Source of the DNA: Scenedesmus sp. PABB004
Lineage: Eukaryota
Length of the DNA: 64,000 nt
Assembly (NCBI GenBank): GCA_014905635.1
Contig: JABVCE010000036.1
Location: 124,001-188,000, forward strand
Direction: 5' to 3'
A program made the translations under genes and the position numbers. Below are positions 59,475-64,000 of the stretch, one piece after another (within the stretch, counting starts at the first letter, position 1; each line of letters begins with the position of its first letter). Under the pieces are notes generated by a model that did no database searches, had not been told where the DNA came from, and saw nothing but the letters and a program-made list of their open reading frames with translations.

Positions 59475-60406
59475 GGTGCGCGGCGGCGGGGCGGCTCGGC
59501 GGCGGCGGGCGGGCGCGGCGCGCCGCCGGCGGCAGCAGCGGCGGCGCGCGGCGCGCGCCTGCCGGCGCCGACGCAGTGTGCCGTTCCCCGCAGGCGGGAC
59601 GGCGCGCGCTGCATGTGACGGCACTGGGCCCGTGCGCAGCGGCGTGCGGCGTGCCAGCGCCGGCGTGCGCGCGGACGCGTGGAGCAGCAGCAGGAGCGGC
59701 GTGGGGCTCGTGCGCGGAGCAGCGGTGCAGCGGCGGCCGCCGCTTCGCGCCGGGCGATGCCGCGTGGCATGCCGGAGCTGGAGGTGCTGCAGCGTGTAGA
59801 ATAGCTGGCGGCGGCAGCGGCAGACGCAGGTCGGCGCGGCACGGCGGCCGGCGCAGCGCCGCGGCATCGGGCCGGCGGCGGCAGGGCTGCAACGGCAGCC
59901 CGCCGCCGGCCGGGCACAGCGCGCCAGCGGGGGCGCGCCCACGGCGCCCAGGCGTGCACCAAGGGCCCTGGGCGAGGCCGGCGCGGCGGCGCCGGCGGCG
60001 CGAGTGCCGCCGGCGGGGGGGTTTCTTGGGGGGGGGGATCCCGGGCGGGGGGGGGGCCCTTAGCTTAGAGCTTGAGGGGCGGGGGCCCCAGGCGGTGGGC
60101 GGTCTGGGGACAGCTGCCGGCGGCGGCGGTAATGCGCTACTGCCGTGCTTTGAATTTGAATCTTGAGTAAGCATTGGTCAGGCGGTCGGACAGCCAGCTG
60201 GCGCGTGGCCGCCTGGCTGCCGCCCCCAGCTGCCCTCCGCTCAGGAGCGAGCACCACGGCGCCGCACACACTCGACCACTCGCACTCGCACCAGCCAGCC
60301 GGCGCCGCACGCTGGTCAGACGCGCGCGCCCGCGCGCCGCCCCGCCGCCGTCCGCGGCCCTGACGTCGCGCCGCAGCTCGTGATCGACGCTCTGAGGCAT
60401 CCCAAC

Positions 60407-62677
60407 ATGTGAGATGCAGCTCGCGGGGCCAGAACATGCGCCAGCGGGCCGGCGCCGGCCCAACCACTTTTCAACCGCCGCGCCGGGCCGCTCACCCGAT
60501 CACTGCGCCTGCGCTGCCGTTCGCAGGGCGCGCGTGGCGGCGCTCTGGCTGCTGGCGGCGCTCGCGCTCGCTGGCGGCGCGCTCGGCGCAGAGCCGACCT
60601 CCAAGGCGACCAAGGCGACCACCACGGCGGCGGCGCCGGCCCACCGCCACCACGGCTCCAAGGATGCCAAGGAGGGCCCGCCTTACCCCGGGGGCCTCTG
60701 GTGAGCTTCTAGTGAAACTGCTGGGGGCGCTGCGCCACAGCTCAGGGCTGCGGGTCGGCGGGGCAGCGGGTCGCGATGGCGCATCGCCCGGCCCCGCGCG
60801 CGCCCGCCGCGCCCGCCCACTCCTGCCCCGCCGCCTGCACGCGTCGCACACAGTCCCTACCAGTGCACCAACAAGCCCGCGCCGGGGGGCCTGCCGAGCT
60901 GCTCTTCGCCGGTCAACACTACTTGCGCGGCCGCCCCTGAGGAAATCTGCCCCACGCGGCGCTACTTGGACGCTTTCCAGGCCGAAAACTACTGCATGCC
61001 GTATTTCAAGGAAGACTGCAGCTTCCCGGCCAACATCGGCTGCTCCACGCGCTGCGCGCTGTGGCTGGTCATCACGTACCACTGCCGTGAGCGCCCGCGC
61101 GCGCCCGCGCCCGCGCCGCGCCGCCGCTGGCGCCCTCCGACCGCGCCGCCGCCGCCGCGTGCGCAGTGACCGACGCCTACAGCACCATGGTCGGCAGCAA
61201 TGGCACCTTCAACGCGAGCTGCGAGTTCTGCAACATGTGCCAGCTCAAGTCCGGCGCGATCGGCGGCCGCTACGCGCTCGTGCGCGCGCGCGGCGACACG
61301 GGCGGCCTCTTCTCGCGCCACTACCTGGTGCGTGGCGGGGGGGGGGGCGCCGCCCGCCGCCCGCGCGCCGCCGCGTTGCAGCGCGCGCCGCCCACGCCGC
61401 GGCCGCCGCCCACGCCGCGTCCACAGGTGCTGCCCCAGGTGCCGTGCACGGGCATCGAGTCCCTCAAGCCCGAGTGCACGGGCAAGTCGGCGGAGATCAT
61501 CTGGAACAACGTCTGGCGCGAGGCGCGCGCGCTGCGCTTCGACTACGTCGGCGGCACCCCCACGTGGGCGATCATGCTCAACGCGCCCAACCGGCGCGGC
61601 AACCACCAGATGCACATCCACATCGCCGACCTCGACACCGAGCGCACCGCGCCCGGCGGCATCACCAAGGCGCGGGCGGCGGCGCCGGGGGGCGGGACGC
61701 CGCCGCGCCGCCGCCCTGCGCGCCGCCAGCGCACCGTTAGGTGGTGGCGTCCGCGCGTCTCACGCGCGCGCCTGGTGTTGCTGCTGGCTCCCGCGGCCGC
61801 AGAACGAGTGGCTCATCAACCGCATGGCCGCGGCGACGACCTTCTCCACCAAGCTGGAGCAGCCTACGCCGTTCGTCGGCGAGGGTGCGCCGCGGGGGCG
61901 GCGGCTCGGCTGCAGCGACCGCCGGCGGCGGGCGGCCGCTGACCGCGCGCGGCGCCCGCCCGCCCGCCCGCAGGCTACTACGACCCCTCTCAGTTCAACT
62001 GCAGCTACGGCAAGAACAAGGGCACGCCGCTCGGCAAGCCGCCCAAGGACTGGGCGCGCAGCTATGCGATCTGGATCCCCAGCTCGGACCCCGCGCGCGA
62101 CCTCGGGGTGCGCCCGGCGGCGCCCGGCGGCGCGCGCGCGCCGGCCAAGGCGGCCCCGCGCCCGAGCCCGCCGCGCCCGCCGCCCGCCGGCCGCGCGCGC
62201 GCGCAGCTGTCGATCCGGCCGTTTGAGATCGCGCGGCGCATCGCGGCCAGCGTGGAGGGCGTGTACGGCTACGGCATCACCATCCTGCCCCGCCGCCTCG
62301 GCAGCTCGATGGGCGTGGTCGTGGCGATCCACGTCAGGTGCGGCGGCCGCGCCACGGCAACGGCCGCGCGGGCGGCGGCGGCGTGAGGGAGCGCCCGGCC
62401 CGGGCGCCGCCCGGCGCGACGCGCGCCGCTGCTGACCACGCGCCGCCGCCACGCCGCGCGCACGCAGCACGGACGACTGGGAGCAGCTCAGCCAGGCCGA
62501 GATCCCCGGCGACCCCATCGGCTACAGCAAGACCTGCACGCAGGTGCGCGGCGCGGCGGCCGGGCGCGCGCACGCGGCGCGGCGCTCAACCTCACTCACG
62601 CTGCGTCGCCGCCCGCCGCGCGCCCGCTGACTTTGACTTTGACGTTTTAGTACATCGGCGTGCCGCTGCCCAAGTAG
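60407..62677 (+). CDS. cdh: Secreted homolog of bacterial CDP-diacylglycerol pyrophosphatase (Cdh) with Cys-rich N-terminal extension, 10 exons
   Basis: ALWLVITYHC, RHYL|VLPQVPCTGIES, IWNNVWREAR, AIMLNAPNRRGNHQMHIHIA and IRPFEIA parallel Cdh motifs (DALxxIV..C, QYLLMPT..GxES, FWLAWQAR, SLAINS..GRxQNxxHIHIS, PF). Signal peptide MARVAALWLLAALALAGGALG. Confidence 0.78.
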
Positions 62678-63039
62678 GCGCAGCTCCCTCACATCCCTCA
62701 CGCACACCGTCACTGTACACACACCACGGCTTGCGGCGCGTCCGCGTCCGCGCGCTGCTGTTCCGGGACGGCGTCGCCGCGCTGGCGACTGCTTGCCCGC
62801 GCTGGCGGCTGCTTGCCCCGCGAATCGAGGGAGGAGGCTGCACTGCACTGGGGTGCGGCTCCGCACGGGCTTGATCTGCCAGTGAGCCGAGGCTAGCGAA
62901 TTTGGGGCCGGCGTGGGGCCCACAAGAAGAGTCGAGTTCAGCAGCCCAGCTCAGCACCCCACAAGCGCGCTCGCGACGCTGCCGCGCGGCGGAGCCACGC
63001 GCCCGGTGGGGCCCCGCGAGGAGACTACTAGTAACGCCG

Positions 63040-64000
63040 TCACTCGTCGTCGCCGTCGTCGCCCCCGAGCGCCTCAAACGCCGCCAGCTTGGCCGCGAGG
63101 TCGGCGCCGAGCGCGCCCGCGCCGGCGAGCTCTGCCTCCACCAGCGCGTCGGCGTCGTCAATGTCCTCAACCAGCGCCTCTCCGCCACAGCCGCCGCCGC
63201 CAGCCCCGAGCCATGCCCCGCCCGCCGCGCCGGCGCTCGCCTGCGGGGGGCCGAGCCCTCCTGCTGCTCCTGCCCGGGCGCGCGCGCTCGGCTCGGACGC
63301 CAGCTGGCGCGGCGAGTCCGCGCCAAAGACGTCGTCGCCGCCGCCGCCCAGCATGAGCGTGCCCGCCGCCGCGAGGCTGCCGACGCCCCAGCCGCCCGCG
63401 CGCGCGGAGCCGCGCGACGGCTCAGCCGCGAGGCCGCCGCGGCCGGGCGGCGTGGCGGCGGGCCGCGGCCCGCGCGAGTGCTCGCCCGCGAGCGGCGCGG
63501 CGCGGAGGCCGTCGGCGCTGGCGGCGGCGCTGCGCACGGCGCCGTCGTCGTCCGAGTCAGAGTCGACCAGCACCACCTCGCGGCCGGGGCCCTCGCCGCC
63601 AGGGGCGGCGGCCGGCGCGTGCGCGCCGCTGCCGCACCGTGAGCCGCCCGCCGCCAGCCCGCTGACGGCCGCGTTCGCGTCGGGGCTGGGCGGCCCCGCC
63701 GCCGCGGCGTAGGTGCTGCGCAGCGCGCTCCAGGGGTCGGCGGGGTCGTCCGGCGGCGCGGCCGCCGCCGGCGGGCCGGCTGGCGGGCTCGCCGCGCGCG
63801 CCACGGGCGGCGGCGCGGCGGCCGAGGCCCCCCTGGCCGCCACCACCGGCGGCAGCGGCGCCGGGCTGCCGTCTGCGCTGCCAGCCGCCCCGCTGCCAGA
63901 GACGCGCGCCCCCGAGCTCGTGCTGCCGGTCAGGCGGCGCGGCGCGGGCAGCTCCGGCGGGGCGCCCGCCGGCGCGCTGGGCTGGCCCTGGCCCCTCGCG
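63040..64000 (-). CDS. 3' end of a hypothetical low-complexity protein (continues beyond window)
   Basis: Open frame with DPWSALRSTY, EVVLVDSDSDDD and LAAKLAAFEALGGDDGDDE-stop. Confidence 0.6.
   Translation of the reverse strand, partial: ARGQGQPSAPAGAPPELPAPRRLTGSTSSGARVSGSGAAGSADGSPAPLPPVVAARGASAAAPPPVARAASPPAGPPAAAAPPDDPADPWSALRSTYAAAAGPPSPDANAAVSGLAAGGSRCGSGAHAPAAAPGGEGPGREVVLVDSDSDDDGAVRSAAASADGLRAAPLAGEHSRGPRPAATPPGRGGLAAEPSRGSARAGGWGVGSLAAAGTLMLGGGGDDVFGADSPRQLASEPSARARAGAAGGLGPPQASAGAAGGAWLGAGGGGCGGEALVEDIDDADALVEAELAGAGALGADLAAKLAAFEALGGDDGDDE

Noticed and set aside
1..64000. Hundreds of long overlapping Ala/Arg/Pro/Gly-rich ORFs (e.g. 5747-8293, 14754-17126, 30282-32477)
   Set aside because: Expected from stop-codon scarcity at this GC content; they read through introns or lie antisense to recognisable genes.

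Overview
Extremely GC-rich (about 75-80% by eye), gene-dense, intron-rich nuclear DNA of a chlorophyte green alga. The LHCB5 sequence, (GC)n/(GGC)n-filled 100-200 nt introns and CTGAC/CTCAC branch points suggest a Sphaeropleales-type chlorophycean; the taxon is an inference. Almost all long ORFs in the supplied track are Ala/Arg/Pro/Gly artefacts, so genes were rebuilt by hand across introns. In order: bZIP factor (partial), a Cys-rich pseudogene with a nested inverted-repeat hairpin, LHCB5, RHL1, secreted PLA2, WSCD-like sulfotransferase, a decayed RHL1/PLA2 duplication, bromodomain-ET protein, BAR-like protein, ZIP transporter, plastid L27, a secreted lipocalin-cyclophilin fusion, COG6, SOUL, YOS1, ankyrin protein, two orphan paralogs, M3 oligopeptidase, a small prepropeptide-like gene, TRM61, a divergent queuosine-salvage homolog, LicD-like, CPBP protease, RAD23, PPAT, NDUFB3, a secreted homolog of bacterial Cdh, and a partial gene. 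Highlights: the intron-containing eukaryotic Cdh homolog whose start codon is split by an intron, the lipocalin-cyclophilin fusion, a candidate amidated-peptide precursor next to an oligopeptidase, a proto-miRNA-like fold-back, and about 27 GC-AG introns. Family assignments come from recalled motifs, not database searches.
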